This document shows, in pieces, positions 12,086 through 26,311 of a stretch of 64,000 bases of DNA. Below the pieces are notes generated by a model. That model was given only the letters and a program-made list of their open reading frames with translations, did not search any database and was not told where the DNA came from. Source of the DNA: Cycas panzhihuaensis (Eukaryota; Plantae; Cycadophyta); contig CM041465.1 of assembly GCA_023213395.1 (NCBI GenBank), forward strand, positions 185,325,741-185,389,740. The letters run 5' to 3'. A program made the translations under genes and the position numbers. Position 1 is the first letter of the stretch. Each line of letters begins with the position of its first letter.

Positions 12086-13849
12086 TTGGTGACCATACTA
12101 AGGACTTGCTAGTAGGCTTTTAGTAAACTATCATATTGTTGATTCTCCCTCATTTTCTTATTTGAACCCTTTGTGATAGGAAAAAACTTCATTAACTTCA
12201 TAGCCCATCTTGGTGAGGATCCCTCATGCTTAGCTTACAACTTTAGAGTCTAGGTACATACTATAGTCTTAGATTCTTTTTGGCTTTCATGCCTGCCTCT
12301 TTCATGTGATAACTCCCTCATGGATTTAGGGCCCTATCTCCTTTTGATTTTGATCTTTTACATCCATCTTTCCCTTCACCTATTCAACACTTCTTAGTGA
12401 TAGGCAGTTGCCCCCTTGAGTGGTCCATAGATTCCTTTTAAGCCTATCCCCCTTACTAACTATAAGAGCCCTACCCAATCCAAGATCTACACCAAGCCCA
12501 ATATTCTTATTAAGCTTGCACCTAAGATTAGTCTTAAGTAGCCGACCCTTATGGGTCCTAAGTATACTACCAAAAGGGAGTAGATTTCACATACTAGCCT
12601 TCTAAAGTGGATATATTCTACCAAAACCTTATACATTCCCCTGCTCATGTCATTAGAGCTACTCAACTTTATGGCCCTTGATAATCCCCTAGGTCATCAA
12701 CTTAGGCTTTTTCTTTTGATCAAGCCTAAGCAGGTACTAGGTCTTTAATCCACTTCAAACCCAAAATACTTAGTGGGATATTATGGCCATCCTTAAAGCA
12801 TAGTTTAAGGTAGTTGCAAGAGACACCACTCTCACTTAGGACCATCATTTATTTGGAACTACGCTTGAGTTTGTCCCATCAATTTTTTCCCCACTTATCT
12901 TTTAGCCTCAATAGCAAGTAGCCTCATAATAATAGGCTACTTCCCAACCCATAGGCCCATCTGCCCCTCCACCTACCCAACCCCCACCGATAGTAACCCT
13001 ATTTATGGGTCCCACTTTAGTAGTAGGTCCTCAACCTACCTAACCTATTTCCTAATTTATTCCACTTATCCCTCCACTTATTCCCTTAATAAGTGAGCTC
13101 CACACCTCTATTCTATAACCAATGGTTGCATGGACTAATCCCCTAGTATCATCTATTCCACCTTATCCATGTCTAATAAGACCTCGGGAGATTCCCTACC
13201 CTCTTCCATGTCTTATTCAACCTATATAACCCATTTCCTAATTTATCCAATCCACCTTCATCCCACCTAGGTATGTCACTTAATAGTTGGGATATGATGG
13301 GCCTCATCTTCAACTTACAATTAGAGTCAATCTTCTCCACCCATAGAGGGTTGTCCCTCTAATTAGAGGCCCATAGAGGCATAACCTAATTCTACACCCT
13401 ACTTCTTATCCTATTCTACCCTACCAATTGGCTCCTAATCTAACTTAGCATATTAGGTCTTGCATGTTTAACCTTAATAAGTTTAACTTAGGTATACAAT
13501 TGCTTCATCTTATATATGGATTTCTTAGGGAGGTATTACATAAGGTGGTATCCCCTATCAAGCCCCTCTATATGGTGCTTTGACCTATGGAAGGACCTAT
13601 CCTCATATACCTAACTTGTATGCCTAAGTAATAACTCCTTATAAGGCTATGGGCACACCCAACCTATTCCCTAATACTAGTCATACCAATAATGGTGTTC
13701 CCCCTATGGTGGGGCCTACACATAATAAGCATACTAAACTTAACTTAATTTCCCACCACTAGATCATTTAACTTAATCTAGATCATGCCCTTCATTGACT
13801 ACCAAACTAACCCACTCTTCCTTAAGGCCCTTTAGAACTTATTTACCAC

Positions 13850-16800
13850 CTCACCCCCTAAAAGTACCTAAATTTGATGGTACTTCATCCTAGGACCTTG
13901 GAGACTATGTTAAGGTATTCACCATAGCATGTATTTATTATTGGTCATATGACCACATCTTAATAAAATTCTTTCCTAGATCTTCAAAGGTGATGCCCTC
14001 AAGTGGTTCTACTATTTACCTCCCCTCTCTATTTATTACCTTAAGTAATTGGTAGACACCTTCTAGAACTATTTTGATATGTCACACCCTTCTCTCTTAA
14101 ATAAGGACATAATGATCTCAATAAAGACTTCATGTGTCATTTCCATGATTTGCTCCATTTGTTTTGATATCTTTATCAATACTCTTCATCTTGAGATTGA
14201 TGCAGAAGTGCTTAAGATGGGTGCAACTATGTGTGACTCTGCCATTGCTAAGTGCGTTTCTCTAGAATTTGTTAAGATCCAAGTAAGCTTTAAAAGGTTT
14301 AATAAGCTCCCCTCTGAATGTAAGGCACTACTTTTATTGTGGCACCAAAGACCCCAACTATAGGCTCTGAGGCCTCTTATTGATAATACTAATAGGACCA
14401 TAGACTCCTTAACCTCTATAGTTTTCTTATTGGAGTGAGTGTTTAAAGATCTTAAATTATAATCATCCCAAAGCTAGCTAAAGCTACTTATTCCCTCACA
14501 TGTGTATAGACTATCTTACCAAGTAGCCTAAACCACATCCTAATCTAAGGGAAGCAACCCTACCCCTCCTTAGAATAAAAAGAATCTATACCTCCTTGAA
14601 AAGAGGTGGTGTTCGATTCACAAAAATTACACCTATGCTGATGCCCATTACTAAACCTAGCATCCCAAGTAGGTATTATTGTGGGATCCTCCTCCTCAAT
14701 CTACATCCAAGCCCAACTTTAAGTAGTCAGTCCATCAGGACCTTTTTCCAAACCATGGATCTTTAAAGCCTTAACCCTAACAATAAAACTGGTAAGGAAG
14801 GGGATGAACCCAAACTTAAAGAAGGTCACCACCTAGCCCTCTTCGAATTAAACCAAGGATAAGTTCCAACCTAATAGGCTCTTCTTACAAAGACAAAGAG
14901 TTTATCAAAGTTGCCCAATGATATATTACTAAGGGCAAAAGAGTTATCTAAATGCTTAACACCACTCAAGTATTTACCTTTACTTAAGCCCAAGAAACTA
15001 AGGAGGTAGAAGAAGACTCCACTTCCTAATAACTACCTGTCAAACCCTAATAAAATAAGATCTCACTCCTTCCTAAAATCATCCTTATCTGCATTAGTTA
15101 TTACAACTTTAATAGGGCCCTTACTTGACATGTTACTAAGGAGAAGTCTTTCTCTATTATTGAGGAACCTCATACGATTTATATGGGTATGTCTATGATG
15201 AATATCCTAAAAATTTATCTTAATCAATATAACCTACTTTTGGGGGCCTTAGGGAATAAGGAAGTTCCCATCTATATGGTTTATATTAAATCCATCAACC
15301 AACCCATCATTACCTTTAATCTTGAGGACCTACCACCCCTTAAAGAGTATAAGCATCTTTGGTATTATTCTTTTCCATAACCATCGAGACTCTAGAGTTT
15401 TCCCTTAAAAAGATTGTGGTAGATAATAGATCTTCAATCAATGCCATGCCCCCCCTAAATTCTTGAACAATTTGACTTTGGGACCCTTAAACCTATTCTA
15501 TAGAAATATTGAGGATACAATAGGAATAAAAAAGGCATCCTTAGAATAGTCACCATCACCCTTAGCCTTAAGGATAAAACCATCCTCATAAAGATCATGG
15601 TTCTTAATATTCATGTTGATTATAACCTCCTTTTAAGATGACCATGGTTAGACCAAATAGAGGTAGTCTTCTCTTTCTTATGGGGTTGATTGAAGTTTGT
15701 CCATAATGGGAGAGTATGTAACATTGCATGTAAACCACTACCCTCCCACTCATCCCATCCTATCGTTCAAGCCATCTTTGATGATGAGACATTTGGATAA
15801 GGCCCCTTACTTAAGATCCTATTCTAAGATTCAGGTGGCCAATTTGACAATGAGCATCCTTCCCTAGAACCTAATATGGTTCATTTCACCCTAATTAGTA
15901 TGGCTCTATAGATATTTGATTGTCCTTAATGACCCTAAATCTAATCATGATGACCAACTGCCTCTTTTACATTAGGTGGCCATAATTTTCCAAACTCAAG
16001 AGGACCCATTATATGTTGATAGCCCCTCCTCTATTTGGTCCTTTTCAAAGGGACCCTTCTCTACTTGAGATCTAATAGGATATCTTAGAGAACCCCTAAG
16101 TTGTGCCCTTGTTCCCTCCACCCCATAGGATATCCCCTTTCCACTAGGCTTGGCTTATATGCCAATCTCACCAACTTATCAATAATCACCAACCAAACTT
16201 ATCTAAGGAGACTATCAAGCTACAAGTTAAAGTTCTATACTTTCCTCAGCCCATACTCTAATCCACCTACCATGCAGGAGTCCCATGACTAGTTACCTAT
16301 CTGGATGATATGCTTAGGAAATTTGATGATTCTTAGAATAAGAATATTCCCTCAATGAATGAAGACCTTTTCCCTCCCTTACCATGAACCATTAATATGG
16401 TTTGACATGTTTGAGACTTCTTTGATGTAGTTGTTATGTAACTTTATTCATACCAAGTCCTCTTAATCTATGACTTTGACACTAAGTTTGATCCCACTTT
16501 CTTATATGATGAGTTTATAGTTTATGGCTCCTCCCCATCATCCTTTCCTAACCAACCAATAGGCCCTCTAGCTTTGATAAAGAGTTAAAAAACAATGAGT
16601 CTTTCCTCCCCTTTAACCACCCCTTTGAAGAACTAGAGTACATACATTGTCCAACCAATGCTCAAACTCCTCAAAGGAGTCCCTTTATTTTTTTGTTGGA
16701 AATTTGATCAATGTATGAATCCCCCTACTAAAAACCATAAACCTCCCACCCAAGTTAAAGACATCAATAATATTGATTGCTTCAAGAAAGATAAAGTATT

Positions 16801-19800
16801 ACTAGAATGCCTCATATAGGAATCTCTCAATTTTCCTTTAAACAATCATAAGTTAGGATTTTAGAGGTGTCTTGTTGTTGGTTCTCCTTTAGGCAAACCC
16901 ACTCTAGTAAAAAACCCTCCCAAATCAACCTATAGATCATGTTGGGAAATGTGACAATAATGGTTAGGAGGCTAAAATTTTGACACATTAGTAGCATGGT
17001 TTTCCCCCCAAACCTTCCTCGGGGGGTTCCAAGGGGATGCAGGGGGAGTGGAACGCCCCCCGCAAAGAGAGGGTTTGGGGGCGATAGCCCCTAGCCCAAA
17101 AATTTAGCACTAAAACTATATTAAATTATAAAGAGAATCAGGGTCATTCACTAAAAATACCCTAGATTCTACGGTCAAGATTTGTGCCTTGGATGACCCT
17201 CTCATATAGCTTGATTTAGGGCATTTTTCATTTATGCTAATGGTGTTCAATGTACTATGAGTGGGGCGGTTGGTTATTGTTGATGTGAGCACTCTACTAC
17301 AGGATTATGTACATTTTCTCCATTCTACAACAATAAAGATCGATACATTTCCTATGTGGATGTTTCCCTAGCACATTGTTGGGGTTTTACCACGTTATAT
17401 CAGGTGTATTTGTGATGCTTGGCTTTCTTATTTATTTTATTATTTTATCTCTAGTTTAAGAACTTGCATATAATTTTTAGTTTCGATTTCTGTAACTAGT
17501 TGTAAGAATATTTTAGATCTTGGTGGTGATTCAAGGGTTGGGACCTTGTCTTCTCAACAAATTAAGCCCCTTCTCACATTGAGGAGGGGGATGTCGTCCA
17601 TATAGGAGGAACCATAAGCATCACCATAGCACCTATCAAAGTCATAAAATTCATAGCAAAGTACTCCCCTAATGAGGTGATTCAATATATGAAGCTCTTT
17701 TAGGAGTACTAATATATGTTTACGTAGGACTATACCAACATGAAAGGCATAAGCCCTAAGATTATCACTCATAACCTTATGACCATCCTTAGATCTAAGC
17801 CTATAAGATTAAAGAAATGACATATCCATCAATAGCTTTTATCTATAGTTAAGATAGAGGTCGAAAATGTCCACAACGCGGGTCTTATAATATCAATTAA
17901 TTATCGACATTAGTTTTCTAAGATTGTGCTAGTTATGAAAAGGAATAGGGTAATTCACATCTGTATAGACTTGAAGGACATAAACAATTCTTATCCTAAG
18001 GAAAACTTCCCTCTCCCATTCATTGATGAGATCATTGATAGGATGGTGGGATTCAAAGTTATGTCCTTGATGGACTATTTATTAAGGTATAATTAGATCT
18101 AAATCTTACTTAAGTATCATCACAAAACCACCTTTACCACTCGTTAGGTTATGTTTATATATGTTATAATACCCTTTGGCCTTAAAAATATTGGTGTAGT
18201 ATACTAGCGAACTATACATTTCATTTTCCATGACCTCATCAATAATGTTCTTGAGGTATTCATGGATGACCTATTGGGCTTATCATGGAATAGGAGAGAC
18301 CACCCTACTGATCTCGAAAAAGCCTTCTTGAGATGTAGAAAATATAACCTTAGCCTAAATCCATATAAATATGTATTCATAGTCATGAAAAGGAAGCTTT
18401 TGGGATTTCTTATCTCCCAAAAAGGTATCCAAGTTAAGCTTGAGAAAGTAAGGGTAATCATGGAAATGCCTCTACCCCAGATCCAAAAATATATCAAAAC
18501 TTTTCATGGGTGATTAGGTTTCTTGTAATGATTCTTAGTGAACTTTGCCACAAATACCAATCCTCTAACAAATCTCCTAAAAAAGGAGAATGCATTTGTT
18601 TAGACCCTTATAATATAGGATTCCTTCCAAGAGTTTAAATATAGCCTCAGCTCAACCCCCATTCTTACTCCCCTACACTTTGATTAATCATTCATTTTAC
18701 ATACATCATCTATAAGTGAGTCAATTAGGGCTATGTTGGCTCAAGAGGATGATCTCAAAGTTGGGTTTGAGGTCTATTTTACTAGCCTTGCTCTTATAAC
18801 TACTAAGCTTATTTATACCTCCACCAAGAAAGAATGCCTTACCCTCGTATTAGCCACCAATAAACTAAGCTACTACCTCTTAAGCAATAAGTTAAATGTC
18901 ATAGTCTAATCCAACACTCTGTGTTACTGAATAATAGGATCAGATATGATGGGATGAACTAGAAAGTGAGTTGTGCTCCTATAAGAGTATGATGAGTTAT
19001 GGCATGGAAACTCACTCATGTATTCCTCCCAAATCCTACAAACACTCCTATTAATGATTCCCTACCTAAAAAAACCATTTTGGATCTAGAACATACATAG
19101 ATCCAAAAGTTGATTAATAATAAATAATATGGTGACATTACTCACTATATCATCCATTAGACATACCTAGAGAATGCTAGCAATAAGGTCAAGTAATGCA
19201 TAAAGGCCACCACTAGGTAATACTTTTTTATATGAGATGATCTTTATAATTATTTATTTGAGGGAGTGCTTCTCAAGTGCACAAATCCTAACGAAATAAA
19301 TTACATCCTCTATAATTATCATAATAGTATTTATTAGGGTCATTTTGGAGGATAATCTATGGCCTAAAGGATCTTATGAATGGGTTTCTTCTAGTCCATT
19401 TTGTTTAAGGATACCCATGCTTACATTCTAAAATGTGAAAGTGGTAAGTGCATTCTAACATTATGTATCAGCCTTTTGAGGCTTTGTATATAATCATTTC
19501 ACCTTGACCCTTCTCTTAATGGGGCCTAGATTTGATTAGAGCAATCACACCCCCATCCTATTCACAATATAAGTTCATCTTAACTATGACTGAGTATGTC
19601 ATGAAGTAGGTAGAAGTCATCCCTCTTTCATTAAGGACAGGTAAGACTATTATAATGGTTAGTTTTTAGCATATCATCTATCATTTTAGAGTTCCTAATG
19701 CCTTGATCATAGATAATAAAACTCTAATTTATAATAAAGAAGTCAATGAGTTGTGTAATGAATTCCATATTAGTTACAAAACTTTATCATCTTACTACCT

Positions 19801-20365
19801 ATAGGTGAATGGATAAATTAAGGCATTCAATAAAACTCTCATTGCAATCGTAAAGAAAATAGTATCCAACACTTAACGAGATTGGCACTAGTGATTATAT
19901 CCTATCATATGGGCTTATCATACATCCATATGAATTACCATGGCTATGACACCCTTTACCCTAGTTTTTGAGGTGGAAGTAGTCCTTCTACTTGAGATAT
20001 AGATACCATCTCTCAAGGTCTCGATAAAAGATTTTGTTGATAAAGAGTGGCATCATCAAGCATCCCTCCTTAACTAAGAAGCCTTACACAAGAAATACCT
20101 GACTACATATCAAACAAATTTGGCTTCCAAGATTAAACTCAATGGGCTTATGATAAGCATCTATGACCCCAATAATATGCCCACAAAAATAAAGTTCTAA
20201 AGCTTGAATATCTACATGATCATCTCCAAAAACTTGCCCCTAAATAGATCAACCCTTTCATTATTTTAGAAAAATATTGCAACTTATATGTATCACATCA
20301 CTACAATGGAAGGGCTTGAATTTAAGGAATCTATCAATGATTAGTTTCTTAAAAAAGAGTATAGT
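13850..20365 (+). pseudogene. Gypsy gag-pol remnant (interrupted by the solo LTR)
   Basis: gag PKFDG...GDALKWFYYLPP (~13870-14030); protease IVVDNRSSINAMP (~15414); RT NFPLPFIDE, PFGLKNIG, VFMDDLL (~18000-18275); RNase H IRAMLAQ...KECLTLV; integrase GHFGG, PFS*WGLDLI, YYL*VNG, LVFEVEVVLLLEI. Confidence 0.9.
16940..17559 (+). mobile_element. Solo LTR of a Copia-A-related family
   Basis: tgttgggaaatgtgacaataa...ttctcaaca, similar end to end to 279-922; no PBS or PPT; flanks GATCA / AATTA (TSD with two transitions). Confidence 0.9.
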
Positions 20366-20393
20366 TGGTAATTCCCTCATTAGGGGTGAAATG

Positions 20394-20527
20394 CTCTAAA
20401 ATGAGAATAAACTATTATGCCCCATAATGAGACTAAACTATGAGTTACTCTGACATGAGCCTAAATTATGAACATGCTCTAAAAAGAGCATAAACTGTAT
20501 TTCCTCTACAATGAGAATAAATTATGA
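20394..20527 (+). repeat. Degenerate ~27-bp tandem repeat (about 5 units) just after Gypsy integrase
   Basis: Units like ctctaaaatgagaataaacta, ccataatgagactaaacta, ctctgacatgagcctaaatta, ctctaaaaagagcataaactg, ctctacaatgagaataaatta. Confidence 0.75.
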
Positions 20528-20900
20528 CCTATAAAATAATGCCATGTTTCATGCTTGTAATAACATGCTAATCATTTGCTCCTATCATGCCACCCAATAC
20601 CCTACATTGAGTTAATAACCTCCCCCTTGGGGAACCCCCATGGAGGGTTTATACTTGCCCACAATTATAAACTAGCTTTGAAACTCTAATATGAGTAGAA
20701 ATTATCATCTATTAAATTCATCTCCAAAGTGACACAAAAGAATTTAAAGCTATCAAAGAATATTTAAGTGTCATATGTACAGAGTATCATCCATGTGATG
20801 AAGAAAAGTAAGTACATATAACATCAATAGCTCAAATATAAATTAAACATATCTAACATAGAAGTATAGGCCAAAACGTGGGAGCTTAAGTTAGCAACCT

Positions 20901-21184
<284 letters not shown>

Positions 21185-22299
21185 CAAGAACATGTATATA
21201 CAAAAGTATTGAGGGAATTAGAGTCTTTGTAAGGGTGTAAAAATCCTCAATAAGCTACAAGATACACCTATGACACTCATAAATTTAGCTTACCTCTTCC
21301 AAAATAATAATACAAACATGATGTAGGAGCCCTCTTATTACCACTTGTTGCTATGGGGTCTCTAAACTATTTATATCTTAATCCATTCTCAAGTGTTAAG
21401 AAGGTCTTGCCTCACTTGCCTCATCCCTCACTACCCTCTAATCACCTATATAAGGCATGGAAGTATGGGTCCTAGTATGGCTTCAAGATAATCTCTTGAC
21501 TAGGTGCTCAACTAGTTGATCATATCTTCTACTTAGTCCCTCAATGCCTAAGCTTAGTCTCTCTCTAGTGATGGTTGTCATCTCTATTTGAAAAATAATT
21601 ATCTAAACTTCTACCCCTAGCACTACTTGTAAAGTGGACATGATTACTAGATACCACTTACAGAGCCTTATTAGACACTTGGGCCTCAAGCTCTCTAACA
21701 CAACCTTATAACTCACCCTACTCTACTCCTTATACAACTAAAGCCCTCTCTATAGGAGTAAAGATGGTAGTGTATGGATGAGAAAGGGTCAACTCATCTA
21801 TATCAATAATAAGAGCATGTCACTCTATATAGAACATGGAAAACAATGAGTCTAGAACTTCTCAAGAAAAATCTAAAGTGAACCCATGGTTTACAATGAT
21901 AAAATAAGATCACGAGTAGTTACTATAATAAAAATCCAATCAGTGACCAAATAAACTATGAAATCAAATCGTAGTATAATAGAAAACATACCATAACCAT
22001 GAGCCCTATCATTACCTTCCTTGGTTGTTGTATCCTCCACTCCCTTAGGTGCTGCCTTATTACTAAAATTTGCTTGTCCCTAGCCTTATAGTTATGTAAG
22101 ACCTCCATCACTACCCTAGGAAATTAGTCCCTCCTCTTTGGCATATGATTCCCAATGGATTGTTTCAGATAGATTAGTTGTATAACTCTCCATCTTAATC
22201 ATATATAAGGATTCCACATACATGGTTTTACTAACATGTTTTGTAGCTTTGAGGCTTCCAAATCAAGTAGGTCATTTATATAGTAAGGGATCCCCATCC

Positions 22300-22980
22300 T
22301 CCACTAATTGTAAGCCTTCTATTTATCCAACTCCTTAAAAGTGGTTAAAAACCAACACTATAAGAGAGTATAATATGAAAAAACCCAATGAACTATGCTT
22401 CAAATCTGATCAAGTTGGATCCTAATATTGGTCACGATCAATGTGGCCTAATTTAACTACTTTATAGCCTTATAATTATGAACCATATTTATCCTACCCT
22501 TGGGGAATTATCTATAGTTTTGATGACTTAATATCCTAAACAAGATCATATATATAATAAGCTTTTACATAGGTGGAATTATGAAGCTCAGTAAATGGAA
22601 AAACTTCCCCCCTCACCCATTCTAGTGTCCCCTCCCATAAAAGAAGCTAGTAACAACTATATGGGCCTCAACAATGTTAGGTAAAGTGCCCAACTTAGGA
22701 GGTGGGCCAATGCAGGAAACCCTTAGTATTCTCCATACGTCTTGAGGAGTAATATCCACATCACCTACCAATGGTAAGTGAAAACACTATTACTATTGAT
22801 CCTAATGGGAAATAATATCAATTAGTAATACTTGGTTCTAACACATACTGGCAGGATGTCACAACTCTGAGTAGTTAGCAATGATCTAGAACATTCTTAC
22901 TCCTATTATCCATCATATCATCAAGAACCAACATTGATGAACCATAGTTCTCATGATTATCTATTATCATAATATGTTGT
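22300..22980 (-). pseudogene. Plant Mobile Domain (PMD, MAIN/MAIL-like) extra-ORF remnant, antisense to Gypsy pol
   Basis: Minus translation 22837-22700: NQVLLIDIISH*DQ***CFHLPLVGDVDITPQDVWRILRVSCIG, matching the PMD motif L...L.ERW..ET.TFHLP.GE.TITL.DV..LLGL...G; weaker N*ATL and L*CWF motifs downstream. Boundaries approximate. Confidence 0.75.
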
Positions 22981-24497
22981 AAGAGATAGAATGAGTTAGA
23001 GGAATATACGAGTATTATGTTTAAAGCTGGATTAGGTCAAACAGTCATTAAACTTTTCTAAACTCGTACATTTAATTAAGAAAAGTCAAAAAAGGAGTTA
23101 TTATAGTCATAGCATGAAGTTTTGTATTTATCCTATTATAGATAGAGTATCTCACTATTTTCTCCATGGTACCATTATGTTCTTCATAGTATCATAAATT
23201 TAAAAGGCCTCCTACTGTAAAGAATCACATGGGTCACATAAGCCCTATTTTGGCCAAACAATCACAAAATAAACATTTAGACCAAAAGTAATCTAATGAC
23301 AATGACCAAGGTATTAAACTACCCTCGTGTGGCCATAAATTATGCTCTAGTTAGACTTGTTTGATTGAAATTTCTAAAACTAAGGCATAGCCCTAAAACC
23401 CTAAAAGAAAAGGAAATTCAAAATTACAAAAATTAGAGTGTTTAGGCTTACTAGATGTAGTGCTTAGGTAGCCATCGTCTCACTCTAAACTCAATGCCTC
23501 TATCCACTTGAAAATCCAATGGTTTGTTTGTTGGTAATGAGCCTAATAAGGTTTTAGGATTAAAATTAGGCTATAAGAAATTCTAACTCTACAAGGTGAA
23601 AATGAATGATGAAATATTACAAAAACCTTTTTCTATATAATCACCTTAACTCAACTTTGGAGTATCAAAGTTTTACCATATCTATTTCGTTGGGGTCTTG
23701 ATTTTGAAAACTATCATTTTGTATAGCTAACATTGCCATCACTACAAATGTTTGGTCACACATCATATTTCAAAATACCCTCAAATCATAATTGGTTCAT
23801 GTAATTAATAAGTTATTAATGAATTTGATCCTATCAACATGCTACCTAGAGATAATTCTCTCTTAGTATATAAGTGTCTATAGTCCACAGGACTGTCTTT
23901 GAATATTGAACTCAAGTTTACTAGCCTTATTGGCCCTTTTCTTCAAGATATCCCCTAGCTTTTTTGTGTACTTTAGCTTAATAGAGCCTTGATGCAACCC
24001 CTTCTATGCATATTTAAGTTTATAATCAAAGGCCTTAGTGTTGTGACACCTTCTCAACAACGTAACTAGTTTGTGAGCACTCCTTACTATTATGCACTTG
24101 CCTTCCATAGGCCCCTTATACTTACCGCCTTTTTAAAGTTTTCTTATATAACCAACTGCCCCATAGGAAAACTACTTTTACAACCTATAGCCTAAGCAAC
24201 TCTTAATAATTTTATCTTATGATGTTCTTCATAATAATAATCACAGTTTATCCTAGTTATAATAGATGACTCAACTTATCATAATAGCCTTTCTGAAGGC
24301 CCCTTTCTCATGAATTACATACATGAAAGTGCTCAAAGATAGCTCATATAAATTATCCAAGTTATCTTGATGGTTTGACCTTCGTGACTTAATTCTCAAG
24401 CCTTGTGTCATCTCACTTTGTTAAATAGTATTGTTACTTATTAATTAACCTAGTCCCCCATGAGTTGGCTCATCACCATGGCATCTTTTCATACCCC

Positions 24498-24728
<231 letters not shown>

Positions 24729-26311
24729 TGTAAAGTATTATAAATTTATACATATATCTCTTTCTACCTTCTTGGTATTTAGGATAAGTCATATATTGGC
24801 TTCATCTCCACCTATAATTCATAGTTTGAGTCTAGATGTGTGGGTTGTTGAGGACCTTTGAATCCAATTATTTGGGTCCATTGAAACCTCAATTATGATC
24901 AAAACCTACTTAATATTTTGAGGGATAAAATAAATTTTAAAAATTTATCATGATAGTGATATTAAGTTTCTCATGGGATCCATTTTCTAATATATTTTAT
25001 AATCAAAGTGAGCTTACAAACTTGAGGCTTAGTTGTATTATTTAATTCTTGCCCAATTCCCTTTACTCATTGAATTGATTTTGAGTTATTATTGCATCTC
25101 CTCATGACTTTAATCATTCATATTAGTAGAGGAAGTTGTGGGAACCTTGGTCCTTTTATTTTAGCTTAAACCCTTTGAGACTAATTAGGACATGTTTGGA
25201 TTCGCTTTAGGATCTATTTGCCTATAAGAATTAATAATATTGTTGAATATACTACTATTACTAAAGCCTTAACTAATGCATTACAAGCCTATCATGGCCC
25301 CATTCTATTATTTTTTAACTCTTAACTAGTAGTCTGCTAACTTACTTAGGTCTATCAAGTCTATTGCCCTTAATCACACACTCTTATTAACCAAGTTCAT
25401 TTGTTATTATCATAATTCTCATTAGTATCAATCTAGTACCTCTTATGAGGACGCAACTTTAAGACTGATCAACTCATTACTTTTATTCTCAAGCATTACT
25501 TACCATAGGTGGGCAATTCTCCTAATGGATATCAAGCTCACTAGTAAAGTTGAGCCAATGTGCCATCTTCCTCGTCAATCTTCATTGAGTCTTTGAAATG
25601 AGGGTAAATTGTTTAATGATCCTCTAAGAGTTTAAACTAGACCTTTACTTTAAAATAAGGGTAAACTAACTTGCAAATTTATAAATATTTAGCTTGACTA
25701 TAGCTTTCTAAACGAGACAACACTCTTATGGAATCCATATTCTTATCCTTTCTTATTTATGTTATGTACTTTTAATTAGTTACTTTTTTGGAAATTAATC
25801 AAAAAATATAAAAATATTATTTAAAAAAAAATCTAAAAATATCATACAATAACAAAAGACCACAAAATTATAAAACTAAAAAATTTAAAACATAGCCCTG
25901 AGACAAGCCTAAACAACTCGACCTCTAATAAATAATTTCTAATAATGTTAAACTATGGTGATCCTCCTTAGCTCTTGAGTTGAATCATTGGATTTTAAGC
26001 CTAAACCTTTTTAGTTATTAAGGCACTTAAGACTACTATGAAAAATAATGACTAAAGAGGATAAATTATAGTAGCCCATTTATGTTTATCTAGGTTCATC
26101 ATAGCCATTAGCTCATCCTAATTTGATTAGGCCATTGGTCAATCCTCTATACTATTTAGCATATCTCTGAAATCATTATCGATGAGGTTAAACTAAGGGA
26201 AACATACTCTAAACACCTGTTGAAAAGACTAAACTATAGTAGACTACATTCTCCGTTTATTTTTATAAGCTCATTATAAGTCTAACTAAGGAATTGTTGA
26301 GAGCATTCACC

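Noticed and set aside
20394-20527. CRISPR-like periodicity
   Set aside because: Degenerate head-to-tail units, no unique spacers, no cas genes, plant TE context
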